From Macrostomum lignano (taxonomy: Eukaryota), in assembly GCA_002269645.1 (NCBI GenBank), contig NIVC01002487.1, positions 1 through 64,000 of the forward strand: a stretch of DNA of 64,000 nt, written 5' to 3'. Shown here one piece after another: positions 40,001 to 52,820 of the stretch. Below the pieces are notes generated by a model. That model was not told where the DNA came from, ran no database searches, and worked only from the letters and a program-made list of their open reading frames with translations. The first letter of the stretch is position 1; the number at the start of each line of letters is the position of its first letter. A program made the position numbers and the translations under genes.

Positions 40001-41771
40001 AGTTGATGCTTACATTTCTAAGACAGTTGATGCTTGTATTTCTAAGACAGTTGAAGCTTACATTTCTAAGACAGTTGATGCTTACATTTCTAAGACAGTT
40101 GATGCTTGCATTTCTAAGACAGTTGAAGCTTACATTTCTAAGACACTTAGCGCCTGCATTTCTAAGAAAATTGCTGCTAATTATATTACTAAGATAGTTG
40201 CTGCTTACATTTCTAAGACAGTTGACGCTTACATTTCTAACACAGTTGACGCTTACATTTCTACCACAGTTGACGCTTACATTTCTACCACAGTTGACGC
40301 TTACATTTCTAAGACAGTTGACGCTTACATTTCTACCACAGTTGACGCTTACATTTCTACCACAGTTGACGCTTACATTTCTAAGACACTTAGCGCCTGC
40401 ATTTTTAAGAAAATTGCTGCTAATTATATTACTAAGATAGTTGCTGCTTACATTTCTAAGACAGTTGACGCTTACATTTTTAAAACAGTTGACGCTTACA
40501 TTTCTAAGACAGTTGACGCTTACATTTCTACCACAGTTGACGCTTACATTTCTAAGACAGTTGACGCTTACATTTCTAAGACAGTTGACGCTTACATTTC
40601 TACCACAGTTGACGCTTACATTTCTAAGACAGTTGACGCTTACATTTCTAAGACAGTTGAAGCTTACATTTCTAAGACACTTAGCGCCTGCATTTCTAAG
40701 AAAATTGCTGCTAATTATATTACTAAGATAGTTGCTGCTTACATTTCTAAGACAGTTGACGCTTACATTTCTACCACAGTTGACGCTTACATTTCTACCA
40801 CAGTTGACGCTTACATTTCTACCACAGTTGACGCTTACATTTCTAAGACAGTTGACGCTTACATTTCTACCACAGTTGACGCTTACATTTCTACCACAGT
40901 TGACGCTTACATTTCTAAGACACTTAGCGCCTGCATTTTTAAGAAAATTGCTGCTAATTATATTACTAAGATAGTTGCTGCTTACATTTCTAAGACAGTT
41001 GACGCTTACATTTTTAAAACAGTTGACGCTTACATTTCTAAGACAGTTGACGCTTACATTTCTACCACAGTTGACGCTTACATTTCTAAGACAGTTGACG
41101 CTTACATTTCTAAGACAGTTGACGCTTACATTTCTAAGACAGTTGACGCTTACATTTCTAAAACAGTTGACGCTTACATTTCTAAAACAGTTGACGCTTA
41201 CATTTCTAAATCAGTTGACGCTTACATTTCTAAAACAGTTGACGCTTACATTTCTAAAACAGTTGACGCTTACATTTTTAAAACAGTTGACGCTTACATT
41301 TCTAAAACAGTTGACGCTTACATTTCTAAGACAGTTGACGCTTACATTTCTACCACAGTTGATGCTTGCATTTCTAAGACAGTTGAAGCTTACACTACTA
41401 GGACAGTTGACGCTTACATTTCTAAGACAGTTGACGCTTACATTTCTACCACAGTTGACGCTTACATTTCTAAGACAGTTGATGCTTACACTACTAGGAC
41501 AGTTGATGCTTACATTTCTAAGACAGTTGATGCTTACATTTCTAAGACACTTGGCGCTTACACTTCTAAGACACTTAGCGCTTACATTTCTAAGACAGTC
41601 GGTGCTTACAATTCTAAGATAATTGACGCTTACTTATCTAAGACAGTTGACTTAAGACCAAATCAACTGTACATGCATTTACCTTCTCGGCAGCCCGCCA
41701 GCCTCAGTTCGCTGCTGCAAGCCAACTCCACTCGGGCCGGCAGTTTTCGGCCGTTGAATTCCACTGCTCAT
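37049..41771 (-). CDS. Orphan 4-exon protein (~287 aa, low complexity, G/P/Q-rich)
   Basis: GC-rich exons 41771-41683, 39404-39296, 38984-38588 and 37317-37049 have GT-AG borders with compatible phases (2, 0, 1). The product reads MSSGIQRPK...CWPQYVPIRRAPSAMKRNMEIQTD...FYPYYVPG...IMFID.... No family was recognised. Confidence 0.55.
37400..38533. repeat. 20-bp intronic tandem repeat (TCAGTGTCAGAAGTCAGATG)
   Basis: About 55 copies filling nearly the whole intron. Confidence 0.95.
39465..39680 (+). mobile_element. Partial copy of SINE family 2
   Basis: Near-identical to 57840-58010 (GCTCGATTCCAA...TTGGAATCTCGGCTTGGCTCTGCTCGTGCAATTAACGGCCTTGAG...GTGAAGTGTACATG). A further fragment lies at about 55570-55680. 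Confidence 0.8.
39930..41650. repeat. 24-bp intronic tandem repeat (ACAGTTGACGCTTACATTTCTAAG) with higher-order structure
   Basis: About 70 units. A divergent block recurs at 40141, 40384, 40675 and 40918. Confidence 0.95.
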
Positions 41772-42481
41772 GCCTTTTTCGAGAATTATTCCAGTTAGGT
41801 TAATTAGACTAATTAGTCCTCTAAGCACTGCTCTATATATCAGCTTATAATTTTATCTACGGCTACTGCTACGGCTACGGCAGGTTTTAGGGACAGCAGA
41901 GCTTCAGAAGAAAACGGTCCTCAGAATTTAGTGCCAGTCAGAGCTAGGGGCATGATGAAGGAGAAACTGGGAGAGAGGCGGAGAGAGAGGGACTGTAAAC
42001 TGCACAGAGTTTAAGAAGTATATCTGATAGCTAGACAAAAAAGAACAATAGAAACCTATGCTTGCTGCAAGGGGGGTTAATTCTTTGCATGGAGCCTAGG
42101 CGAGAGAGCGGAATGACAATATGACGGTTTGTCGGTTTTCATTCGAGCTACCTGCAGTTGCTGGGCAGAGCTGGGAGGGGAGGTGGGTTGGCGTCACAGA
42201 GCGGCAGGTTAGGTCCTAAGCAACAGGCCTGAGAAAATATGAAAATTAAGATACTGACTGCCCGATGAAGCTGCATTTTAACTGTCTTGTCAATGTACTC
42301 TGTACTCTGCTTCGCTCAACATTTTAAGCAGGTGCAATTTTATCTCAACGGTGAGAAACAGTGCAGGCTCAAATTCGTTAACACGTATTGATGAGGCCAA
42401 GAAGTTCTGCAGCTAAAGAAGTGAATTTAGAATTTTGTCTGCTAAACTGGGTGCATTTCAACGTCAGTCGATTTAATAATG

Positions 42482-43248
42482 AGCCCGGGGGTCAGGAGAC
42501 CCGGGGGTTAGGAGACCCGGGGGTTAGGAGACCCGGGGGTCAGGAGACCCGGGGGTCAGGAGACCCGGGGGTCAGGAGACCCGGGGGTCAGGAGACCCGG
42601 GGGTCAGGAGACCCGGGGGTCAGGAGACCCGGGGGTCAGGAGACCCGGGGGTCAGGAGACCCGGGGGTCAAGAGACCCGGGGGTCAAGAGACCCGGGGGT
42701 CAACAGACCCGGGGGTCAACAGACCCGGGGGTCAACAGACCCGGGGGTCAACAGACCCGGGGGTCAACAGACCCGGGGGTCAACAGACCCGGGGGTCAAC
42801 AGACCCGGGGGTCAACAGACCCGGGGGTCAACAGACCCGGGGGTCAACAGACCCGGGGGTCAACAGACCCGGGGGTCAACAGACCCGGGGTCAACAGACC
42901 CGGGGGTCAACAGACCCGGGGGTCAACAGACCCGGGGGTCAACAGACCCGGGGGTCAACAGACCCGGGGGTCAACAGACCCGGGGGTCAACAGACCCGGG
43001 GGTCAACAGACCCGGGGGTCAACAGACCCGGGGGTCAACAGACCCGGGGGTCAACAGACCCGGGGTCAACAGACCCGGGGGTCAACAGACCCGGGGGTCA
43101 ACAGACCCGGGGGTCAACAGACCCGGGGGTCAACAGACCCGGGGGTCAACAGACCCGGGGGTCAACAGACCCGGGGGTCAACAGACCCGGGGGTCAACAG
43201 ACCCGGGGGTCAACAGACCCGGGGGTCAACAGACCCGGGGGTCAGGAG
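42482..43248. repeat. 16-bp G-rich tandem repeat (CCCGGGGGTCAACAGA / CCCGGGGGTCAGGAGA)
   Basis: About 47 copies in two variant blocks. Confidence 0.95.
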
Positions 43249-44429
43249 ACGTTCTCAAAGGAAAAGTCAAATGTTTTAAATCAAGGCACGCTTAAATTTG
43301 ATATAAACATTATCAAAGCAAAATTAAATTTATCCACTAAAATTTTATTTACTTTATAGATAATTTCCTATAGGGGTCTCAACAAGGAGAATCACAAAAA
43401 GAGCTTTAAAATAAGATATACTTTTTAATTACAACCTACCCAGCAGCGAACAGAGCAAATTAAGGGCAGGAATGAAAATAGCTAATTGTATCGTATGCAC
43501 ATACTGTACTACTTGTGGGCAATATAATTCGCGTGTTAACAAGAATTTTAACCGCAAAACAATAAATATTAATTACACTATCTGAAAATGTTGATTCCAA
43601 AATAGCAAGGAAAAATAGCTTAGCAATAAAATGAAAAATGCGACACAAAAATTTTTGAGAAAATAAAAATACAACAGAACGATATCAGCTAATTTTAGCA
43701 ATTAGTGATATTTATTTTTTTCTAAATTTAGAACAACATAAAATACTACTTAGTGCTGTGGCACAGCAGTAGTTTAGATTGATATTATGAGAATCTGGTG
43801 ATTTACAAGATACATATAGACTACTATTATTACAATATATGGACTAGATTTGAGAAATATACTAATCTATTAAGAATTCAGTAAAAAAACAATTCAGAAT
43901 TCAAGCGCCTATCATACTACTAACAGTGAAAATTCCTCGAATATATAAAAAGGAAGAAATTAATATCATTAATTATAGTTTGTGATACAGCTTAAAACGT
44001 TAGTTTAAACAAAAATAAATTTATTTACGATATGAAATTTGAACAATTTGAAAGTGTGCAATTGCAAGCGATGATTCAGTAGTATATTATGCACATATGT
44101 TTATAGTGTTCTTCGAGCGCAATAAATACGCAATACTTAAAGTGAAAAATAGAATGCTGTGCATAACAGAAAATCGTGAATTGCATTGACTTTGTGAGAT
44201 CGGCGCAAATCTACCAATAGACTATGAAATAACAGAAGTGCACAGTGCTCTGGCATGCTGGTCCAGCTCTCTGTCAAGGGTGAGTCCTGTAAGCCAAATT
44301 ATAAAAATGCAGCAACTCGCTTTCGTCTCGGAAGGAGGGCAGAAATTCGAGCTGTCAATGGGTCTGAAGAGGTAAATAGTGGTAATAATCTGGTTAGGTG
44401 CGAAGAAGTGAGGTCTCCTGAGGGGACAT

Positions 44430-44752
44430 TTTATGACACTGATCCCATTATACTATAAAGGGATACTTTATGAAACTATAATCCCATTATAATTTAAAGG
44501 GATACTTCATCACACTATAATCACATCATACTATAAAGGGGATATTTTATGACAATAAAATCCCATTATACTTTAAAGGGATATTTTATGACGCTATGAT
44601 CCCATTTTACCATAAAGGGGATGTTTTATGACACTATAATCCCATTATACTTTAAAGGGGATAATTTATGACACTATAATCCCATTATATTTTAAAGGGA
44701 TACTTTATGACACTATAATCCCATTATACTATAAAGGGGATATTTTATGACA
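44430..44752. repeat. ~39-bp tandem repeat (AAAGGGATATTTTATGACACTATAATCCCATTATACT)
   Basis: About 8 degenerate copies just downstream of the dystrobrevin stop. Confidence 0.82.
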
Positions 44753-44797
44753 CCAGAGCAGTAGTATAATACGCGCATACCCTCTATAACAAAGAGC

Positions 44798-45024
44798 TCA
44801 ATCCACAGTAGAATACTGTAGCTGTTGTAATTCTTCAACTAGGCCACCAATCGCAGTGGACACATCGTCCGCGGCATGGAACAGATGCCGCACTGGGTCT
44901 TGCTGTTGATGCTGTTGTTGCTGTTGTTGCTGATGTTGCTGATGATGTTGATGATGCATAATTTGCAAACTATGGTAAGGATGCTGCTGCTGCTGTTGCT
45001 GGGCATAATAATGAGGATATTGTG

Positions 45025-45056
<32 letters not shown>

Positions 45057-48000
45057 ATGTTTGGCAGAGCTGCTGGCACCGAACGCGAGGCGGCCGCGGC
45101 AGACTGAGCCCGATAATAGGTATCGGCCATAGACAGTCTGGCCATCAGCTGTTCAAGCTGCTGCATAAGATCTCGCCTGGACTCCTGCAGACGGCCCATC
45201 CTGTCCTCAAGTTGATCTTTGCGCTGTCTGAGATGTCGCAACTCGCCAAGGAGGCTGTTCTGATTTATGATCAGCTGATCCTGGCTGTGACTCTGCTGTT
45301 CCCGCAGCTGAGCCGACTGCAATTTTAACTGTTCAATCTCTGCAAGCATGCGTTCGTTTTGACGTTCCAAGTCGCGAATTTTGCGCTCCTGAGCTCGCGC
45401 CTGCGCCAGATCGGCAGCCGAAGCGGCTAAAGCGGCCGCGCCGCCATCGCCGCCAATGGCGCCGACTGGAAAAGCGCCGGAATTGGCGCCGGCTGCGCCA
45501 TTTAATTGTAGAGCGGCCGCGTACCTTGAGGGTTGGCGCCGAGGGATGCTTCATCAGAAAAGGACGTCTGTTTTCTAAGAATGGCGTCTATTTCTAAGAA
45601 TGGCGTCTATTTCTAAGAATGGCGTCTGTTTCTAAGAATCACGTCTGTTTCTAAGAATCACGTCTGCTTCTAAGAATCACGTCTGTTTATAAGAATTACG
45701 TATGTTTCTAAGAATGACGTCTGTTTCTATGAGTGACGTCTTTTTTCTAAGAATCATGTCTGTTTCTAAGAGTGACGTCGGTTTTCTAAGAATGACGCCT
45801 GTTTCTAAGAATGACGCCTGTTTCTAAGAATAACGCCTGTTTCTAAGAATAACGCCTGTTTCTAAGAATCACCTGTTTCTTAGAATCACGTCTGCTTCTA
45901 AGAATGATGTCTATTTTCTAAGAATTACGTCTGTTTTTAGAAACGACGTCTATTTCTAGGAATGACACCTGTTTTCTAAGAATAAAGCTTAGTTCTTAAA
46001 ATTAACTCCAGTTTTAAGAACATTTTTAGTACAAAACTTTCTAATAATATTGTAGCTGTTTTTAAAACAACGAATTTTTTTAAAAAAAGAAACGACTTGC
46101 TCTACTTAAAAAAGCTTTAATTTTTGTTGATATTAAACCTTCAAAAAGAGACTCAGGTTGGTCTTCAAGAAACACGGTCAAGAAGAGAGTAATTTTTGAC
46201 TCCCTACCTGGCAATTAACCGATGTTCGTCATCCAATCGCTGTTGCTGCTGTTGCTGTTGCTGCTGCCCAGACACAAAGGCATTCGTAGTCACAGTCAGT
46301 GCGCCAGTAGCGAGACTTGCTGGAGCCCACGCGTTAATCCCTGGCTGCTGCTGGTGCTGCTGATGCTGCACTGCTTGCAAAGCGAGCCCATCCGACATCA
46401 TTGGCTGAGCTATTGAAGCCGCAGAAAAAGGCGCAATACTAACAGAAGCAGCTGTAGCAGCAATTGATGGCATTGCTGAAGTCCCACCGTCAACATGCTG
46501 CAGACTGTGCGACAGCTGGGTGAGCTTGCCGGGTCTGCCCAGGCTGCCTCCTGCGGGTGGTTGTGGGGGGGGGGAGGCCCCGGGTTCGATTCCTCGTTAA
46601 TTTCGAAGGACCCGGGCTCGATACCAGATATGGCGTAAGAGGACCCAGGTTTGATTCCGGGTAGGGTGTCAGAGGGCCCGGGTTTGATTCCAGGTAGGGT
46701 GTCAGAGGGCCCGGGTTTGATTCCAGGTAGGGTGTCAGAGGGCCCGGGTTCGATTCCAGGTATGGTGTCAGAGGACCCGGGTTCGATTCCAGGTAGGGTG
46801 TCAGAGGGCCCGGGTTTGATTCCAGGTATGGTGTCAGAGGGCCCGGGTTCGATTCCAGGTATGGTGTCAGAGGACCCGGGTTCGATTCCAGGTAGGGTGT
46901 CAGAGGGCCCGGGTTCGATTCCAGGTATAGTGTCAGAGGACCCGGGTTTGATTCCAGGTAGGGTGTCAGAGGACCCGGGTTTGATTCCAGGTAGGGTGTC
47001 AGAGGGCCCGGGTTCGATTCCAGGTAGGGTGTCAGAGGACCCGGGTTCGATTCCAGGTATGGTGTCAGAGGACCCGGGTTTGATTCCGGGTAGGGTGTCA
47101 GAGGGCCCGGGTTTGATTCCGGGTATAGTGTCAGAGGACCCGGGTTCGATTCCAGGTAGGGTGTCAGAGGACCCGGGTTTGATTCCAGGTAGGGTGTCAG
47201 AGGGCCCGGGTTCGATTCCAGGTAGGGTGTCAGAGGACCCGGGTTCGATTCCAGGTATGGTGTCGGAGGACTCGGGTTCGATTCCAGGTAGGGTGTCAGA
47301 GGGCCCGGGTTCGATTCCAGGTATGGTGTCAGAGGACCCGGGTTCGATTCCAGGTATGGTGTCAGAGGACCCGGGTTCGATTCCAGGTAGGGTGTCAGAG
47401 GACCCGGGTTCGATTCCAGGTATGGTGTCAGAGGACCCGGGTTTGATTCCGGGTAGGGTGTCAGAGGGCCCGGGTTTGATTCCAGGTATAGTGTCAGAGG
47501 ACCCGGGTTCGATTCCAGGTATGGTGTCAGAGGACCCGGGTTTGATTCCAGGTAGGGTGTCAGAGGGCCCGGGTTCGATTCCAGGTAGGGTGTCAGAGGG
47601 CCCGGGTTCGATTCCAGGTAGGGTGTCAGAGGACCCGGGTTTGATTCCGGGTAGGGTGTCAGAGGACCCGGGTTTGATTCCGGGTATGGTGTCAGAGGGT
47701 CCGGGTTTGATTCCAGGTATGGTGTCAGAGGACCCGGGTTCGATTCCAGGTATGGTGTCAGAGGACCCGGGTTTGATTCCGGGTATGGTGTCAGAGGACC
47801 CGGGTTTGATTCCAGGTAGGGTGTCGGAGGGCCCGGGTTCGATTCCAGGTAGGGTGTCAGAGGACCCGGGTTCGATTCCAGGTAGGGTGTCAGAGGGCCC
47901 GGGTTCGATTCCAGGTAGGGTGTCAGAGGGCCCGGGTTCGATTCCAGGTAGGGTGTCAGAGGACCCGGGTTCGATTCCAGGTATGGTGTCAGAGGACCCG

Positions 48001-49514
48001 GGTTCGATTCCAGGTAGGGTGTCAGAGGGCCCGGGTTCGATTCCAGGTAGGGTGTCAGAGGACCCGGGTTCGATTCCAGGTAGGGTGTCAGAGGGCCCGG
48101 GTTCGATTCCAGGTAGGGTGTCAGAGGACCCGGGTTCGATTCCAGGTAGGGTGTCAGAGGGCCCGGGTTCGATTCCAGGTAGGGTGTCAGAGGGCCCGGG
48201 TTCGATTCCAGGTAGGGTATCAGAGGACTAGTTTTAAACTTAGAAAATCTGATGTAACTAAGGAAAATAGGAGAGGGTGCATCAGTCTATATCTGCACTT
48301 TATTATTGACAGTACTTGGATTGCATTAGAGCACAGTCTTAGACTATGCATACATACATATAATGCATATGCATGGTTCTCAATTTTCACCCAAAACTAT
48401 AAAAGCAAACGCCCAGCAAAGTCAAGCATTCGTAATGAAATCAAGGAGAGACAGGGGGTGAGAGAGGAATTCGGAGAAATTCAATTTACTGCAACTCTGA
48501 GCGACACTGCCACAACCGCAGCCATGGGGCTAACAAATCACTTTTTTTAGAGACTGTGCACCGCTTCATTAGCCCTTTGGGACAGGGCGATTGACAGTAA
48601 ATAGTGCATTTTAGCTGCGGGATGGATAGAGTACCTCATAACTCATAGTTATCCCGAATCTCCCAGATCCCCTCCTAGCCATCCAAATCTCCCAGATCCC
48701 TTCATAGTCATCCCAAATCTCCCAGATTCCCTTCTAGTCATCCCAAATCTCCCATATTCCCTTCTAGTCATCCCAAATCTCCCAGATTCCCTTCTAGTCA
48801 TCCCAAATCTCCCAGATCCCCTCCTAGCCATCCAAATCTCTCCCCTTCTAGTCATCCCAAATCTCCCAGATTCCCTTCTAGTCATCCCAAATCTCCCAGA
48901 TTCCCTTCTAGTCATCCCAAATCTCCCAGATTCCCTTCTAGTCATCCCAAATCTCCCAGATTCCCTTCTAGTCATCCTAAATCTCCCAGATCCCCTCCTA
49001 GCCATCCAAATCTCCCGAATCCCCTCCTAGTCATCCCGAATCTCCCGAATCCCCTCCTAGTCATCCCAAATCTCCCAGATCCCCTTATAGCCATCCGAAA
49101 TCTCCCAGATCCCCTCCTAGCCATCCCAAATCTCCCAGATCCCCTTCTAGTCATCCGAAATCTCCCGAATCCCCTTATAGTCATCCGAAATCTCCCGAAT
49201 CCCCTTATAGTCATCCCAAATCTCCCAGATCCCCTTATAGTCATCCCAAATCTCCCAGATCCCCTTATAGTCATCCCAAATCTCCCAGATCCCCTTATAG
49301 TCATCCGAAATCTCCCGAATCCCCTTATAGTCATCCGAAATCTCCCGAATCCCCTTATAGTCATCCCAAATCTCCCAGATCCCTCTCCATCAGCCTCACC
49401 AGTGGCAGTCAGACTCTGGTTCATTGACGCGGGCGGAGGCGGAGGCGGCACAATGTGAGTCAGGTCAAGCATCGGGCCGCTGTCCTGTGGATCCAACAGC
49501 GCCGCGGCCGTCGT

Positions 49515-49545
<31 letters not shown>

Positions 49546-52500
49546 CCGCCACCGCCGCCCATCAACATCATCGGAGCGGCGCCGTGCCCGCGCCCTCGGA
49601 CGGACGCCGAGCGCTCCAGAGACGCCGTCGGTTGGCCGCTGAAGTGGCGGCTGCGGCCCTGGTGAGGCGAAGCGGACGAGGCGGCGGCTCCCGAGTGAAA
49701 ACCGCGTCGCAGAGTTGAAGCCAAGCTGGATTGCTTGCCCGGCTGCTTCTAGAAGATAAAAAATGTAAAAAAAGCATAAGACACTGTCAGGGTGCCAATG
49801 CGATACATTTGTACACTAAGGCGTCAAATTGTCTACCAAGGCGCCAAATTGTTCACTAAAGCGCCAAATTGTCTACCAAGGCGCCAAATTGTCCACTAAG
49901 GTGCCAAATTGTCTACCAAGGCGCCAAATTGTCCACTAAGGTGCCAAATTGTCTACCAAGGCGCCAAATTGTCCACTAAGGCGCCAAATTGTCCACTAAG
50001 GCGCCAAATTGTCCACTAAGGCGCTAAATTGTTCACTAAGGCGCTAAATTGTCCACTAAGGCGCTAAATTGTCCACTAAGGCGCTAAGAGATTGTCCACT
50101 AAGGCGCTAAATTGTCCACTAAGGCGCTAACAGATTGTCTACTAAGGTTCCAAATTGTCCTCTAAGACGCCAACAAATTCTCCACTAAGGCGCCGCCAAA
50201 TTGTCCGCTAAGGCACCGAAAAATTGTCCACTAAGGTGCCAACAAATTGTCCACAAGGCGCCGAAAAATTGTCACTAAGGCGCCAAACTGTCTGTCACAA
50301 GCGTCAAATTCGGCAAGCCAGAAGCGCCAAATTGACCAAAATGCGCAGTGTAAGACGGAGGATCCGTACTGCCTCATTCCAAAACAGCAAGCTCATCACT
50401 CTGCAGTAAAGTTTGTCTTTCACTCATTACAGTCAGTCACTGTCTCCCTCTCTCATCAGCAACCAACTCTCTTGGGATTTTAAAAGCTAATAAGAAGAGA
50501 AACATCCTCATTTTTTTGCTTTCTACTTATACTTGCAGGCCAGGCAAAGGCATCAGGGGCGAGTTATTTAGACAGATCATAATAGTTCCCCCGGGGTAAA
50601 TGGCGGAGCTGTCTGTCTGACTTGTGCCGTCTCAGTCAGTCAGTCAGTCTATCTAGATCCGTTTGTCTAGAATAGATGTTAACTTCTCTCGTCTTTCTCT
50701 CGATCAGCAAGCGGCGCACACATACTGTATGCACACAGCATGACGCTAAATTGTTCGATGCAGCAGCAGCAGCTGCAGTTGAAGCCTCCCCCACCCCATC
50801 GCCCGCCTCTCCATCAATACAGGCATATAATATATATATATAGCTATAAGCCTTTCTATAAAAATCCCCCACGAAGGCGAGAAAGCGAAAAATATGGGAA
50901 ATAGAGTGGCGCAGCGCCTTAACCCCCCCCCCTCCCGGGGGGCTCATAGATCCCATATCCCCTTGCTCCCCCTCCCTAGCAGCGATATCTGTAAAACGAG
51001 AAATCCCCCCCACACACACAAATGCTTCCTTAATACTTACATATAGTTATCAGGGAAAGCAGGATGCCATTACCAGTGAACTCGGGTAGAGTTAAGAATT
51101 CCTTTAGAAGCTGGGGAATTCTATAGAAACTTGGGGAATTCTATTAAAAATTAGGGATCTCTACTTAAAGTTTGGGAATTTTACTAAAAATTAGAGAATT
51201 CTACTGAAAATTGAGGAATTCTATTGAAACTTGGGGAATTCTATTAAAAATTAGGGATCTCTACTTAAAGTTTGGGAATTTTACTAAAAATTAGAGAATT
51301 CTACTGAAAATTGAGGAATTCTATTGAAACTTGGGGAATTCTACTTAAAACTGGGAAATTCTACTCAAACTTGGGGAATTCTATTTGAAACTTGTAAATA
51401 ATTTATTGTAATTGGAAAAAACATTCTATCACAGATTGGAGTAAATTTCCATCACAGCTTGGGTACTTATAAGGAAGACTTTGATCGAGAATCCTATGAA
51501 AGCTTGCATCATTTCTACGAGTATAATGTATGAGCTTCAAGACTAAGGGATATACAGCAGATTAGTTAATTACATAGGCTGCATGCCATCTAGCAACCAA
51601 GGCCCTTAAAAAACGAGTAGAGCGAATAGACAGACGAGCGTAGAGCCGGTCAATGAAAGTCTCATAATTATAATTAGATACACAAATAAAAACATGGAAA
51701 TTATACTAAGCCGCTAACCCATAATACTATATTTAATAACGACTATAAAAGTACAGAAGCTTCGTGTGTAAAAAAAAAACACACCCGAAGATGAGTGGAA
51801 CAGCTAGAAATCGATTGGCAAAGACACGGCATTTTCAACTGGCCCTAATACGACACACACACAACACACACACAGACAGTAAGCAGTATTGCTTTTGTCA
51901 GCCTAACTGAGAATAAAGCCATCCAAAGTGAGAATCGATTGGTCTATGCGTCGTATTCTTTTATTTTTATACCTTCTGAGCCATATGACTAGCCAATAGC
52001 TTGAACGGAATAACGGAAACAGGAACACACTGGATGATTTCTTTTTAAAACTTTGCTTGTCCTTTATAGTCTATGGCTCATAGACTAGGCTGGACGCAGC
52101 TAGGCCCTTCGTATTCAGCGTAGGCAGGATTCTCACATTGGATGGCTTTTTATCACTTTGCTTGTCCTTTATAGTCTATGGCCCATAGACTAAGGCTGCA
52201 CGCAGCCAGGCCCTTCGCAGTCAGCGTAGGCAGGATTCTCACTTTGGATGGCTTTATTCTCAGTTAGGCTGACAAAACCAATACTATATGCCTTGCATTT
52301 TGTTTCAGTCGTTTCAGTGCATCTTACTACACCGTAACCGTAGATAGATATCTCGATAGGCAAGCGCTGTTATCAAATATATCTATGGGCATCCGGGGGT
52401 GGCGCTTTGCACTAATTGAGCAGGACAGACTAAGGGGCCTTGGTTGAAGAGGAGCTCCGGTTACAACTCAGTGAGCGACAGTAAAGTGCTCAAGAGCTTG

Positions 52501-52773
52501 ACTGTAGAGACAGTTAACACTGCCAACGGGTGAAGAGAGACCACTATGGATATAGTGAGATTGCTATTGGGAGAGGCTGGCTTGTAGATTGGCGGATAAT
52601 ATGGCTGAGACAGACTTAAGACATTAAAATGGCAACACGAACCGACAAACTGAGTAGACAAAAAGACAGACAGGCAGACACACACACACAGACACTAAGG
52701 CAGACAGACAGAAAGACAGACAGACAGACTGGCCGACAGACAGGCCGACAGACAGACAGACAGACAGACAGAA

Positions 52774-52820
<47 letters not shown>

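Noticed and set aside
39738-41798. 686-aa ORF of KTVDAYIS repeats
   Set aside because: It is a 24-bp satellite with unit length divisible by 3, lying antisense within an intron of the 4-exon gene. It has no signal peptide or cleavage logic, and variants are often non-synonymous.
42388-43359. 323-aa collagen/elastin-like Gly-Pro ORF
   Set aside because: It is a 16-bp DNA repeat with no Gly-X-Y register and no signal peptide.
44876-46416. Plus-strand poly-Leu 'membrane' ORFs (44876-45328, 46222-46416; likewise 3546-3752 on the minus strand)
   Set aside because: These are antisense readings of polyQ-coding exons.
46651-48231. 526-aa [11 protein letters not shown] repeat ORF
   Set aside because: It starts at TTG, is antisense in a dystrobrevin intron, and is explained by a 33-bp unit. 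The nucleotide B-box signal is more informative than the peptide.
50636-51019. 127-aa minus-strand ORF in a dystrobrevin intron
   Set aside because: It is built partly from simple repeats. I found no convincing in-phase splice sites or homology, although a non-coding alternative exon cannot be excluded.
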